A stretch of DNA of 46,655 bases, from contig JBFXGD010000008.1 of assembly GCA_050178385.1 (NCBI GenBank), forward strand, positions 1-46,655, written 5' to 3'. The notes beneath the pieces are model-generated. The model saw only the letters and a program-made list of their open reading frames with translations. It ran no database searches and had not been told where the DNA came from. The DNA comes from Calditrichaceae bacterium (GTDB taxonomy: Bacteria; Calditrichota; Calditrichia; Calditrichales; JBFXGD01). Made by a program: the position numbers and the translations under genes. Positions within the stretch are counted from its first letter, which is position 1. Each line of letters opens with the position of its first letter. Of the stretch, positions 35,433 through 45,377 are shown one piece after another.

Positions 35433-37151
35433 TTATTTATAATTTCTTGCCTCATGGATCAAATGTCGCGCGTTTTCGAGCGCGTGACTGGATATGATTT
35501 CCCCGCCAAGCAGATTCGCGATCTCCTTTTCCCGGTTGTCTTCACTCAACAAACTTATACCGACAAATGTCCTGTTGTCCTCAACTGATTTTGCCACCTT
35601 ATAATGCGAATCCGCAAACGCCGCAATTTGAGGAAGATGGGTTACGCACAAAATTTGATGGTATTTTGCCAGTTCGGACATTTTTTTCCCTACGATCTGA
35701 GCAATTTTCCCGGATATACCGTTATCAATTTCATCAAAAATTAAAATCGGAAGCTGATCCATTTCCGCGAGTATCGTTTTAAGAGCGAGCATGATTCTTG
35801 AGATTTCGCCACCGGAGGCGATTTTGTGAAGAGGCTTAAAATCTTCCCCCGCGTTTGAGGCAATCTCAAACAAAACCTGATCAAATCCGCGGGAATTTAG
35901 AACAACCCGCTTACCTTCAACTATAAACTGTCCTTCAAGATGTTCATGAAAAACCTGATGAACACGAAAACGCGCCTGCGGCATACCGATTTCTGTTAAT
36001 ATACCTGTAATCTGATTTTCCAGGTTTGCGGATTTTAATTTTCTGGCATTACTGATGCCGAGCCCTTTCTCGATCAATACTTCCTTCAATTTTAGAATTT
36101 TTCGCTCACATTCCGCCAGTTCTTCATCAAAGTGATCCATATTATTTAGAAGCTTTGCGATTTCTTCACGATGTTCAAGTAAGTCCTGAACATTAATTTT
36201 CCCGTATTTTTTCAGTAAAAATTCCAGCTGGGCTATTCTCTGCCGTATGAATTCAGCACGATCCGGATCGAATTCCAGACCGGCGATATACTGCGCGCTA
36301 AAACTACCGATATCTTCGATCGCTATCCTTGCATTGGTCAATGATTCAAGGATATTTTCGAATTGAGGATCCAGCTTTGCGATTTTTTTAAGATTCTCCT
36401 CAGCCTGAACGATCAAATGACCGGCATTTCTGTCGCCATCATAAAGCGTTTCAGTCACAACACTCCCGTACTGATGCAGATCTTCCACATGACTCAGAAT
36501 TTTTAATTCAGTACGAAGATTCTCAATTTCATCGCCGTCGAGTTCTGCTTTTCTTAATTCATCAAGCTGATACCTGTACATATCCTGAATTTGAACGGAG
36601 CTGGCTTTTTTTGCGGTCAAATCATCACGTTCCGTAACCGCCTTTTTATATTCATGCAAATAATCCTGAAACGTTCTGAGCATGGGCTCCAGCCCGCCAA
36701 AATCATCAAGATATACAATGTGATTCTCCGGGTGCAGCAGCCGCTGATGTTGATGCTGTCCGTGAAGATCAATAAGGCGGGAACTTAACTCGTTCAGCTT
36801 GTTCAGGGTGATCGGAGTGTCGTTCAGGAAGATACGCGCGCTCCCGTTTGCATTAATCTCTTTTCTCAAAATAATAGTCGATCTGTGATTGTTATCCGGA
36901 TCAAAATCACCGGTCAAATCCAAAAAATTGGCAGCCGAACCGATATCTATTTCTGCTTCTATAATAGCCTTTTTTTCACCCGAGCGAATCAGGTCGGAAC
37001 TGCTTCGGTCGCCGCATAACTGACCCAGGGCATTGACCAAAATTGACTTCCCAGCCCCTGTCTCACCGGTGATGATGTTAAGCCCCGGTTTAAATGTGAC
37101 TTCAGTTTCATCAACCAGGGCAAAATTTTTAATATAAAGATTTTTAACCAT
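35433..37151 (-). CDS. recN: DNA repair protein RecN
   Basis: ITGETGAGKSIL, DLHGQHQHQ, ASGGEISRIMLAL, FDEID, VTHLPQIAA. Confidence 0.95.
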   Translation of the reverse strand: MVKNLYIKNFALVDETEVTFKPGLNIITGETGAGKSILVNALGQLCGDRSSSDLIRSGEKKAIIEAEIDIGSAANFLDLTGDFDPDNNHRSTIILRKEINANGSARIFLNDTPITLNKLNELSSRLIDLHGQHQHQRLLHPENHIVYLDDFGGLEPMLRTFQDYLHEYKKAVTERDDLTAKKASSVQIQDMYRYQLDELRKAELDGDEIENLRTELKILSHVEDLHQYGSVVTETLYDGDRNAGHLIVQAEENLKKIAKLDPQFENILESLTNARIAIEDIGSFSAQYIAGLEFDPDRAEFIRQRIAQLEFLLKKYGKINVQDLLEHREEIAKLLNNMDHFDEELAECERKILKLKEVLIEKGLGISNARKLKSANLENQITGILTEIGMPQARFRVHQVFHEHLEGQFIVEGKRVVLNSRGFDQVLFEIASNAGEDFKPLHKIASGGEISRIMLALKTILAEMDQLPILIFDEIDNGISGKIAQIVGKKMSELAKYHQILCVTHLPQIAAFADSHYKVAKSVEDNRTFVGISLLSEDNREKEIANLLGGEIISSHALENARHLIHEARNYK

Positions 37152-37154
37152 AGT

Positions 37155-39494
37155 TTATTTTCTTATAACAGCTATCTTTCCTGATGCTGATGTTCCGTCT
37201 TCATGGTAAGCTAAATAGAAATATATACCCGATGCAACAGGATCTCCATTTTCATCCCGCCCGTCCCAGGATGCTCTGCTGCCAAAAACCTGATTATTCT
37301 GACTTGTCAGCTCACGGACCAGCACGCCATTCAAATTGTATATATTCACCGTGCTGCTATACTTCAATTCCGTTATTACAAAATTCCGGTTACTGCCGTC
37401 AATCACAAAAGGATTTGGCCCGGCATTCATTTGGCTATAGCTATTCTGAATTTCAGCAAAACTGCCCCTGAATACCGACAAACCGTGTTCTGTCGCAATT
37501 ATCGTCCGGGAATCGACGGGGTCAACATAGACCCCATGAACGTCATTGTTGACTAATCCACTGTTCAAAGTTGTATAGCCGACCCAGGCCATTGAATCCC
37601 ATGCGCTTCGGCCGTCTTTCAAAATGCTCAAACCACCCTGTGTCGCGAACCATTTATTATTGTACGTGTCTACAAATATATAATTTATTCTATTTTCAAG
37701 CGGTCCGCTCAAACCTTCCAGGTCGCCTACATGCTTGTAAACGTTGACTCCGTCAAACGAATTGAGGCCGGCGGTGGTTCCGATCCATACAATCCCGTCT
37801 TTATCAGCCGCGACAGACAATACAGAATTACTGTATAAATTATCATCAATATTTAGTTTATACAACCGATCATCATTCTTATTTCTCAAAGTATTATTGT
37901 AATCCAGTATATAAACGCCATTATTCAAAGTTCCAAACCAAACTCTGCCGAAATCATCAAACTCAATACAGGAAATGCCCTGCTCATCGGCAATAATTCC
38001 ATCATCTGCTCCAAAATACGTCCAGTTCTCTTTGTTAAGATCGACAAATCCATCTGCGCTGTACGGCGCCACCGCCAGAATATTTCCATTGGAAGCATAA
38101 TAATTGCCGAACCACAGATTCCCGGACAGATCTTCTTTTATGGCTGTAATCACCTGATAATTGGGTGCGCTTACCTGCGCCGGACTAAAAAAACCGCGAT
38201 ATTCAGCAGGAATGGGCTGAATACTCATCTCATAAGTGCTGTCACCAGCATTGATTTTGACAAAGCCATCCGTATAATAATCATTAAAAAACAGTAATTC
38301 TTCATTCCTCATTACAACAACTCCGCCACCCCATGTGCCAGTCCAGATGTTGCCGTTCTGATCTTCATATATAACATCAGTGTTCCCCAGTCTCGCCAGC
38401 TCTGAACCGGTAAAATCCACGCTTGTCCAGCTGTTGCCGTTGTAAAAAGAGAACCCCTCACCGCTGTACAACTTGAACTTACCTGTACTGACCCAGATAT
38501 TACCCCGGCTGTCGGTGATTACATAACGAAGCGTGTTGCTCACCGGACCATCCAGTAAAAGAGGTTTATCCCAACCGGTACTAAACAAACCACCGAATCG
38601 AAGGCCGATCCGGATTATACCGGATGAATCCATTTGCATTGCTGAAATAATATTCTGGAAACTGCCTATTAATTGTCTGCCGTTCCCCGCGGAATACGAA
38701 TAATAACTGCCAAAATATGAGGCGTAGATGTTTTGATCAGACTTAGCCAGAGTATGGACGGCATTCTCGCCCCAAGCGGTTTCTTCATGGAGCTGCATGG
38801 AACTATCCAGCGAAACAAGCCCGGCGTTTGTACCAACCCATATCTTATCATCATAGACTATCATGTCGTGAATGTAATCTGATTTCAAACCGTTTGATGT
38901 ATTAAATACTTTCCACAATGCCGGGTCATTTATGGTATTTTTTGAGAAATCTGAAGGAGCTGTCAGCAGACCGCTTTCCGTGCCAAGCCAGACACGGCCT
39001 GAAAAAATTTGCAGAGATGTCGTTTTGCCGGGGAGAATGGGAAAATTGACAAAGGAATCTTTATATTTGTAAATGCTACCATTCCACAAAAAAACCGAGA
39101 CGCTTTTTCCGGCGGCAACCCAAAGAGTATCCTCCTTGCTTAGAATATCAGAAATTTCATTTCCGCTAATCTGGAAAAGCTGGGACCATTGATCAGATGA
39201 TTGATTATAAATCTGAATTACTCCGTCCTCACCTCCGGTGATTGCATTTCCATAATTATCCAGTGTAATCGCCCGCATGTCAATAGAGTACATTCCATCA
39301 ACATTAGTGAACCGCCTGATCTGATTATCCGTTTTGCCGTAAGAATAAACACCTCCGGTCGTGGCCGCCCAAACTATTTCCTGATCAATGGCAAGATCAC
39401 GCACATCATTCATATTCGTGATCGTTTCCCAGTCACGCAAATCATCTGCCCAAGCCACTGTTATGAGTAGAAAAAACAGGCTTAAATACTTCAT
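37155..39494 (-). CDS. PorZ-like double beta-propeller protein with T9SS/FlgD-Ig-type C-terminal domain
   Basis: Start likely 39494 (MKYLSLFF signal peptide); repeated 'DxxGNIWxGT' blades; C-terminal GPNPF...IYNLNGVLVREL...WDGRDENGDPVASGIY...KIAVIR. Confidence 0.75.
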   Translation of the reverse strand: MKYLSLFFLLITVAWADDLRDWETITNMNDVRDLAIDQEIVWAATTGGVYSYGKTDNQIRRFTNVDGMYSIDMRAITLDNYGNAITGGEDGVIQIYNQSSDQWSQLFQISGNEISDILSKEDTLWVAAGKSVSVFLWNGSIYKYKDSFVNFPILPGKTTSLQIFSGRVWLGTESGLLTAPSDFSKNTINDPALWKVFNTSNGLKSDYIHDMIVYDDKIWVGTNAGLVSLDSSMQLHEETAWGENAVHTLAKSDQNIYASYFGSYYSYSAGNGRQLIGSFQNIISAMQMDSSGIIRIGLRFGGLFSTGWDKPLLLDGPVSNTLRYVITDSRGNIWVSTGKFKLYSGEGFSFYNGNSWTSVDFTGSELARLGNTDVIYEDQNGNIWTGTWGGGVVVMRNEELLFFNDYYTDGFVKINAGDSTYEMSIQPIPAEYRGFFSPAQVSAPNYQVITAIKEDLSGNLWFGNYYASNGNILAVAPYSADGFVDLNKENWTYFGADDGIIADEQGISCIEFDDFGRVWFGTLNNGVYILDYNNTLRNKNDDRLYKLNIDDNLYSNSVLSVAADKDGIVWIGTTAGLNSFDGVNVYKHVGDLEGLSGPLENRINYIFVDTYNNKWFATQGGLSILKDGRSAWDSMAWVGYTTLNSGLVNNDVHGVYVDPVDSRTIIATEHGLSVFRGSFAEIQNSYSQMNAGPNPFVIDGSNRNFVITELKYSSTVNIYNLNGVLVRELTSQNNQVFGSRASWDGRDENGDPVASGIYFYLAYHEDGTSASGKIAVIRK

Positions 39495-39513
39495 CCACCT
39501 TCTCCGGAAACGA

Positions 39514-39978
39514 TTATAATTTTCCCATAAGGTCAACCATTTCAATTGCCGTCATCGCGGCATCCCAACCCTTATTACCAGCCTTTGTGCCCGCTCTTTC
39601 AATAGCCTGTTCGATTGAATCCGACGTAATAATTCCAAAAATAACCGGTTTTCCGGTCTCAAGTGAAACGCTCGCGATTCCCTTGGATACTTCAGCTGAA
39701 ATATAATCAAAATGAGGTGTCGCGCCGCGAATAACCGCGCCAAGACAAATAACACCGTCATACTTATCGGATTCAGCTAATCGTTTGGCAATAACCGGTA
39801 TTTCAAAAGATCCGGGTACCCAGACAACAGTGAGATCATTATCCAGCCCTCCATGACGAATCAGGCAATCCGTCGCTCCGGAGAGTAATTTGTTTGAAAT
39901 AAATTCATTGAACCGGCCTACCACTAACGCAAACTTTTTCCCCTTAGCCGAAAGATGGCCTTCTATTAGTTTGGCCAT
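39514..39978 (-). CDS. ribH: 6,7-dimethyl-8-ribityllumazine synthase
   Basis: [43 protein letters not shown] before 39978. Confidence 0.96.
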   Translation of the reverse strand: MAKLIEGHLSAKGKKFALVVGRFNEFISNKLLSGATDCLIRHGGLDNDLTVVWVPGSFEIPVIAKRLAESDKYDGVICLGAVIRGATPHFDYISAEVSKGIASVSLETGKPVIFGIITSDSIEQAIERAGTKAGNKGWDAAMTAIEMVDLMGKL

Positions 39979-40017
39979 TACACCTCCCACATCTCTTCAA
40001 TTTGAATTTCTCAAGGG

Positions 40018-41256
40018 TCATTCTTTTGATAAGAACAGATGCCCCATTTTATCTCTTTTTGTCTTTAAATACCGTTCATTGACTTCATTCGGGCAAATTT
40101 CTATCGGCACACGTTCCACAATTTCCAGATCATATCCTTTAAGCCCGACAATCTTTTTCGGATTGTTCGTCATCAGCCGAATTTTTGACAATCCTAAATC
40201 CTTTAATATTTGAGCGCCGATTCCGTAATCTCTTAAATCCGCTTTAAATCCAAGCATTTCATTGGCCTCTACGGTATCTTTGCCTTCCTCCTGGAGCGCG
40301 TACGCCAGTAGTTTATTTACCAGCCCGATCCCGCGTCCTTCCTGACGCATATACAGAACAACCCCTCTGTTTTCCTTCTCAACCATCTTCAAAGCAGTGG
40401 AGAGCTGATCACCGCAGTCGCATCTTTTTGAACCGAAAACATCACCGGTAAGACATTCTGAATGCACACGTACAAGTACAGGATCTCCGTTGGACACATC
40501 ACCTTTGACAAGAGCGACATGGTGCTCGCTTAGATCAAGAATATTTTCAAAAAGGTATAATTTAAACTTTCCGTAACGGGTCGGCATATCCACAACAACC
40601 CGGCGCTGGACAAGTTTTTCTCTCTGTCCCCTGTATTCGATCAGATCCGCGATTGTTATCATTTTTAATTTATGTTTTTTGATGAATTTTTTTAGCTGAG
40701 TCACGCGAGCCATACTGCCGTCTTCATCCATTATCTCACAAAGGACTCCCGATGGTTTCAGACCGGCCATTCTGGCAAGATCAACCGCCGCTTCTGTATG
40801 TCCAGCTCTTCTGAGCACACCCCCCTGCTTCGCGATTAACGGAAAAATGTGTCCCGGACGAGCCAGGTCTTCAGGTTTTGTTGCCGGATCAATGGTCGCC
40901 CGGATGGTACTGGAGCGGTCAAAGGCAGAGATACCGGTTGTTGTCCCGTGCCTGTAATCGATGGTCACCGCGAACGGCGTTTCATGCAGCGCGGTATTCT
41001 CCTCAACCATATAATCCAACCGTAAATCACGCGCCCGCTGATCGGTAATCGCGACGCAAAGCATCCCGCGCGCTTCACGGGTGATAAAATTAACATCCTC
41101 GGGACGGATTAATTCTGACGCCATAATGAGATCGCCTTCATTTTCACGATCCGCATCATCAACGACAACAACCATTTTTCCATTTCTAATATCTTCAAGG
41201 GCTTCATCAATCGAACTAAAGGCATCGCCCTTTTCATTTATCTTCTTATCTGACAT
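40018..41256 (-). CDS. ribBA: Bifunctional DHBP synthase / GTP cyclohydrolase II
   Basis: [38 protein letters not shown]...[13 protein letters not shown]; likely start 41256. Confidence 0.96.
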   Translation of the reverse strand: MSDKKINEKGDAFSSIDEALEDIRNGKMVVVVDDADRENEGDLIMASELIRPEDVNFITREARGMLCVAITDQRARDLRLDYMVEENTALHETPFAVTIDYRHGTTTGISAFDRSSTIRATIDPATKPEDLARPGHIFPLIAKQGGVLRRAGHTEAAVDLARMAGLKPSGVLCEIMDEDGSMARVTQLKKFIKKHKLKMITIADLIEYRGQREKLVQRRVVVDMPTRYGKFKLYLFENILDLSEHHVALVKGDVSNGDPVLVRVHSECLTGDVFGSKRCDCGDQLSTALKMVEKENRGVVLYMRQEGRGIGLVNKLLAYALQEEGKDTVEANEMLGFKADLRDYGIGAQILKDLGLSKIRLMTNNPKKIVGLKGYDLEIVERVPIEICPNEVNERYLKTKRDKMGHLFLSKE

Positions 41257-41258
41257 TG

Positions 41259-41906
41259 CTAATATCCTAACTTTTTGAACCATTCATCCGAAAAAATTGT
41301 ATCTCCGGATTGTGTTTTTTTTGAATTCATTAAATTTTCAACATATTTCGCGATGACATCCGTTTCAATGTTTACATGATCACCGATCTTTCTAAGCTTC
41401 AAATGAGTATTAGACCAGGTGTGAGGTATGACTGAGACGCCGACTTTTGAATCATTTAATCTGGCAATTGTAAGGCTGATGCCGTCAATGGCGATCGATC
41501 CTTCCGAAATCAGATATTTTGTCAACCCCTTCGGAATATCAACTTCCAGAAAATAATTTTCTCCCAATTTGTTAATTTGGGTTATCGTTCCCACACCGTT
41601 CACATGCCCCTGAACCAGATGTCCTCCAAGCCTGTCCATCAGCCGTACAGCGCGTTCAAGATTCACTTCGGCGCCTTCCCGTAATTGAGAGAAAGTGGTC
41701 TTTTTCAATGTATCGCCAACCGCGTCAACACGGAAGTTTTCCGCGTCACATGTGATAACGGTGAGACAAACGCCGTTCACTGCGACAGAATCGTCAATTT
41801 TTATATCGTTCATAATTGACTTCGCTGAGATTTTAATACGCTTACCACCGGCAATCGACTCAATTCCGGTAATTTTTCCGATTTCTTCTATTAATCCTGT
41901 AAACAT
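41259..41906 (-). CDS. ribE: Riboflavin synthase
   Basis: [34 protein letters not shown]. Confidence 0.96.
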   Translation of the reverse strand: MFTGLIEEIGKITGIESIAGGKRIKISAKSIMNDIKIDDSVAVNGVCLTVITCDAENFRVDAVGDTLKKTTFSQLREGAEVNLERAVRLMDRLGGHLVQGHVNGVGTITQINKLGENYFLEVDIPKGLTKYLISEGSIAIDGISLTIARLNDSKVGVSVIPHTWSNTHLKLRKIGDHVNIETDVIAKYVENLMNSKKTQSGDTIFSDEWFKKLGY

Positions 41907-41952
41907 GGCTATAATTTATAAATTTATGACTGTCAATTCACTTAAAAAAATG

Positions 41953-43044
41953 TCAATCTGACTTCTTTTTTAATTCTATCTTAATGTCATTACCTAATTT
42001 TTCAATCGAACGCAGTTCAAATTCCGTCTTTTTATCAATATCAAAGGCTGATAATCCGCGTCCAAGTATAACCGGCGCCTGCAATATGATTAATTCATCC
42101 AGATGATTATTACTTATGAATGAACTGAATAATTCCTGCCCGCCTTCAACCATTACCGAAATAATTTTTTCTTTGCCGAGGATTTTGAGAATCTCTTGAA
42201 GATCCAGACGGTATTTTCGGTCCGCCGGCATCCTGAAAATCCGAATCCCTCTATTTTCAAGAATTCTGACTTTTTGAGTGTCACACTCTTCCGCCGTAAA
42301 AATCCAAGTGCGATTTTTATCTTCATCATTAAATATTTTTGAATCAGTCGGGCTGCTGAGATGACCATCGATGACAATTCTGTACGGATTACGCCCCTGA
42401 ACTTTTCTGACCGTCAACTGCGGATCGTCAGAACTTACTGTACCCGCGCCGATCATCACCGCGTCATAACCGGCCCGCTGTCTGTGAACGTATTCAACGG
42501 CTTCATTACCTGTAAGCCATGTCATTGTTCCTCTTCGCGCGGAGATTTTTCCGTCCATCGATTGAGCAATCTTCATTGTAACATACGGCAATCCGGTTTG
42601 AATATATTTTAAGAAAAAACGGTTAAGATATTCGCCCTGCTTTCGGAGTACGCCGGTTGTCACTTCAATCCCTTCATCAGATAACTGCTTTATTCCTTGT
42701 CCGGAGACCATGGGATTTGGATCGAAATTGCTTATCACAACCCGCTTCAACTTGTTCCTGATAATTAGAGGGGTACAGGGCGGTGTCTGTTTTTCTGTAT
42801 GGCAGCAAGGCTCAAGGTTGCAATAGAGCGTTGCCCCTTCTACGGATTCAATCGCGTTCCTGATCGCGTTCAGTTCCGCGTGCGCGCTCCCGTACCGCTC
42901 ATGCCATCCTTCCGCGATGATTTTTCCATTTTTAACGATAATGGCGCCGACCAACGGATTTGGACTTACTTCGCCCTTACCACGGCAAGCCAATTCAAGG
43001 CAGCGCCGCATATAAACATGATCATCAGCCAAACCAGCATTCAT
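41953..43044 (-). CDS. ribD: Bifunctional pyrimidine deaminase/reductase
   Basis: SPNPLVGA, HAE, LEPCCH...TPPC, DDPQLTVR, VEGG. Confidence 0.95.
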   Translation of the reverse strand: MNAGLADDHVYMRRCLELACRGKGEVSPNPLVGAIIVKNGKIIAEGWHERYGSAHAELNAIRNAIESVEGATLYCNLEPCCHTEKQTPPCTPLIIRNKLKRVVISNFDPNPMVSGQGIKQLSDEGIEVTTGVLRKQGEYLNRFFLKYIQTGLPYVTMKIAQSMDGKISARRGTMTWLTGNEAVEYVHRQRAGYDAVMIGAGTVSSDDPQLTVRKVQGRNPYRIVIDGHLSSPTDSKIFNDEDKNRTWIFTAEECDTQKVRILENRGIRIFRMPADRKYRLDLQEILKILGKEKIISVMVEGGQELFSSFISNNHLDELIILQAPVILGRGLSAFDIDKKTEFELRSIEKLGNDIKIELKKKSD

Positions 43045-43239
43045 GGTGACCTTCTTTTATGATGATTTATCCGGGATTTGTTCATCATTCAGCAAATTCG
43101 CCGAAAAAATAATGAGTATCCGGGAGAAGAAAGGTAATGATCTTTGCTCATTGGTTCAACCCATTTACATGGAACTTCAATCATTCAACAACTTTTTAAG
43201 GCTATCACGCACGGTATTGCGGAGACGATTGAAGGATTT

Positions 43240-43923
43240 TTACTTACCGCCTGACGGTAGGTCTAATATGGGCGCGCCAAAGTGATTCCGCTGAAAGCCG
43301 AATGCAATTGAGAGAAAGTTGCTTAGTAAAAATCCCGTTACACCCCAGATGACGTCATTTCCGGCATGATAGTAATGTAAATGCCACGTATATCCGCTCT
43401 TTTTATAGTCTTTTACTTCAAAAATATCATCCCGTACCAGATAGCTTAAGGGGACATGAATCAGCCGGTCAATTTCTGCTTTATTGACGGTAAATGAATA
43501 TGGATAATCAAATATACCGACATATGGGGTTACCAAAAAGTGTGTATTTGTGAGAAAAATATCTGTTTGCCCGAGAACGGATATGTCATCTTTCCGGATA
43601 CCTAACTCCTCATCCGTTTCTCTTAACGCGGTTTCGAGAAGATCCTTATCCGTATCATCTTTCCGGCCGCCCGGAAAAGAAATTTGACCCTTGTGATGTT
43701 CCAGGTTTTCCGTTCGTTTTGTAAACAGAAGATGAGCCTCGCCATCCTTAAAATAAACAGGAATTAATACAGCCGCATCTACTGATTCGGTATCTTTATA
43801 AATATACTCTTTTGTTTCATGACGTTCCAGCCGCGTCACTAAGTGTGAAACGAGTTTTTCCCTGGAAAAGAAAAGTTCCTGTAAATAATTCAAATCTATT
43901 GACGGACTAACTGAATTCTTCAT
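43240..43923 (-). CDS. Nudix hydrolase, CoA pyrophosphatase (NudL/PCD1-like)
   Basis: AAVLIP, LLFTKR...HKGQISFPGG, ALRETDEELG, IWGVTG. Confidence 0.88.
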   Translation of the reverse strand: MKNSVSPSIDLNYLQELFFSREKLVSHLVTRLERHETKEYIYKDTESVDAAVLIPVYFKDGEAHLLFTKRTENLEHHKGQISFPGGRKDDTDKDLLETALRETDEELGIRKDDISVLGQTDIFLTNTHFLVTPYVGIFDYPYSFTVNKAEIDRLIHVPLSYLVRDDIFEVKDYKKSGYTWHLHYYHAGNDVIWGVTGFLLSNFLSIAFGFQRNHFGAPILDLPSGGK

Positions 43924-45271
43924 CTTTGATGCTATAGTCTTCCAATTTGTTGTATAATGATCGCCGGCTGATGCCCAGCATTTCAGCCGCTTTTAATTTA
44001 TTTCCTTTGGACATTTTAAGTGTTTTGATAATGGATGCGCGCTCAATTTCAGGAAGCGGAGTACCGGCCGGGAATCTGATTTCATGCCCGGGCGCCAGAC
44101 CTTTGATGATCATCGCCGGCAGATCTTTTTTCTTTATTCTATCCTTCGCGGATATCATCGCCCTGAGAATGATGTTTCTTAGTTCACGGATATTACCGGG
44201 CCAGGTGTAGGCTGAAAGCAATTCCGACGCGTCTTTATCAATTCCCTCAATATTTTTATCATATTCACTATTAAAACGCTGAATATAATAATTCGCAATG
44301 AGCAGAATATCATCCTTCCGTTCTCTTAGCGGAGGCAGTTCAATACCGTAAACATTCAAACGATAGTAAAGATCATCACGCAGCCTGCCATCATCAATCA
44401 GATCTATGGGATTTTCATTTGTCGCGGCAACGATTCTCACATCCACCGGTATTTCCCGGTTTCCACCCACCCGGTCAATTTTTTTGCTTTCCAATACCCG
44501 GAGCAGAGAGATCTGCACCTGTTCACTCATGGAACTGATCTCATCCAGAAAAAGAGTACCGTTGCTTGCTTCTTCAAACTTTCCCTTTTTCGATTCAATC
44601 GCGCCCGTAAAAGCGCCTTTTTCATGGCCGAACAATTCCGAGCTGATAAGGTCTTTTGGAATGGCGCCTGTATTCACCGCAATGAAAGAATTGGTTTTTC
44701 TTTTTGACGCGTTATGAATAGCTCTCGCCACAAGTTCCTTACCTGTCCCGCTCTCACCGATGATTAAAACCGGGACATCAATATCGGCTATTTCGTTAAT
44801 TTTTTTTACGACATTTTTTATCCCGCGGGATTTTCCGATAATTTCACCAAAATGAATGTATCTGTCCGGAATAACACCGCCGCTCTCTTTAGCAACGTCA
44901 ATGCCCGGAACGCGGAGAGCGCGATGAACGACTTCTTTTAGCTTTACCGGATCTACAGGCTTTGGAATGTAATCCAGCGCTCCGAGATGAATGGCTTCGA
45001 CGGCATGTTCGATCGAACTGTAACCTGTAACCATGATCACCCGTAAAAGCGGATCAAAATCGTTAATCATTTTGAGCAGTTCAAGTCCGTCGATTTCCTG
45101 CATCTTGTAATCAGTAACAATCAGATCATAATTGTATTTTCTGATTAGATTCATCGCGGCCATAGCGCCATCCGCCTGATCGACACGGTAGTCCTGATCT
45201 TCAAGCAGGATAACCATACCTTCGCGGTGAGACTGATCATCATCAATTACTAGTAAATGTGGCTTTATCAT
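43907..45271 (-). CDS. NtrC-family sigma-54-dependent response regulator (REC-AAA+-HTH)
   Basis: VIDDD / VTDYKM receiver, GESGTGKE, ELFGHEKGAFTGA, WPGNIREL, Fis-type HTH; likely start 45271 (ORF track 45325). Confidence 0.93.
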   Translation of the reverse strand: MIKPHLLVIDDDQSHREGMVILLEDQDYRVDQADGAMAAMNLIRKYNYDLIVTDYKMQEIDGLELLKMINDFDPLLRVIMVTGYSSIEHAVEAIHLGALDYIPKPVDPVKLKEVVHRALRVPGIDVAKESGGVIPDRYIHFGEIIGKSRGIKNVVKKINEIADIDVPVLIIGESGTGKELVARAIHNASKRKTNSFIAVNTGAIPKDLISSELFGHEKGAFTGAIESKKGKFEEASNGTLFLDEISSMSEQVQISLLRVLESKKIDRVGGNREIPVDVRIVAATNENPIDLIDDGRLRDDLYYRLNVYGIELPPLRERKDDILLIANYYIQRFNSEYDKNIEGIDKDASELLSAYTWPGNIRELRNIILRAMISAKDRIKKKDLPAMIIKGLAPGHEIRFPAGTPLPEIERASIIKTLKMSKGNKLKAAEMLGISRRSLYNKLEDYSIKDEEFS

Positions 45272-45377
45272 CCTGTCTTCTTTATGCAATTTTATTTTCA
45301 ACCTTCCGTAAAATAAGGAGTTCACTGCCGATTTGCAATGGATTTACTTCATCTGAATTTCCCGGTCATTCGGCTTT

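Noticed and set aside
43045..43239. FMN riboswitch upstream of ribD; ORF 43043..43285 (+)
   Set aside because: No RFN conserved blocks; the ORF is antisense to the operon with no recognisable motifs
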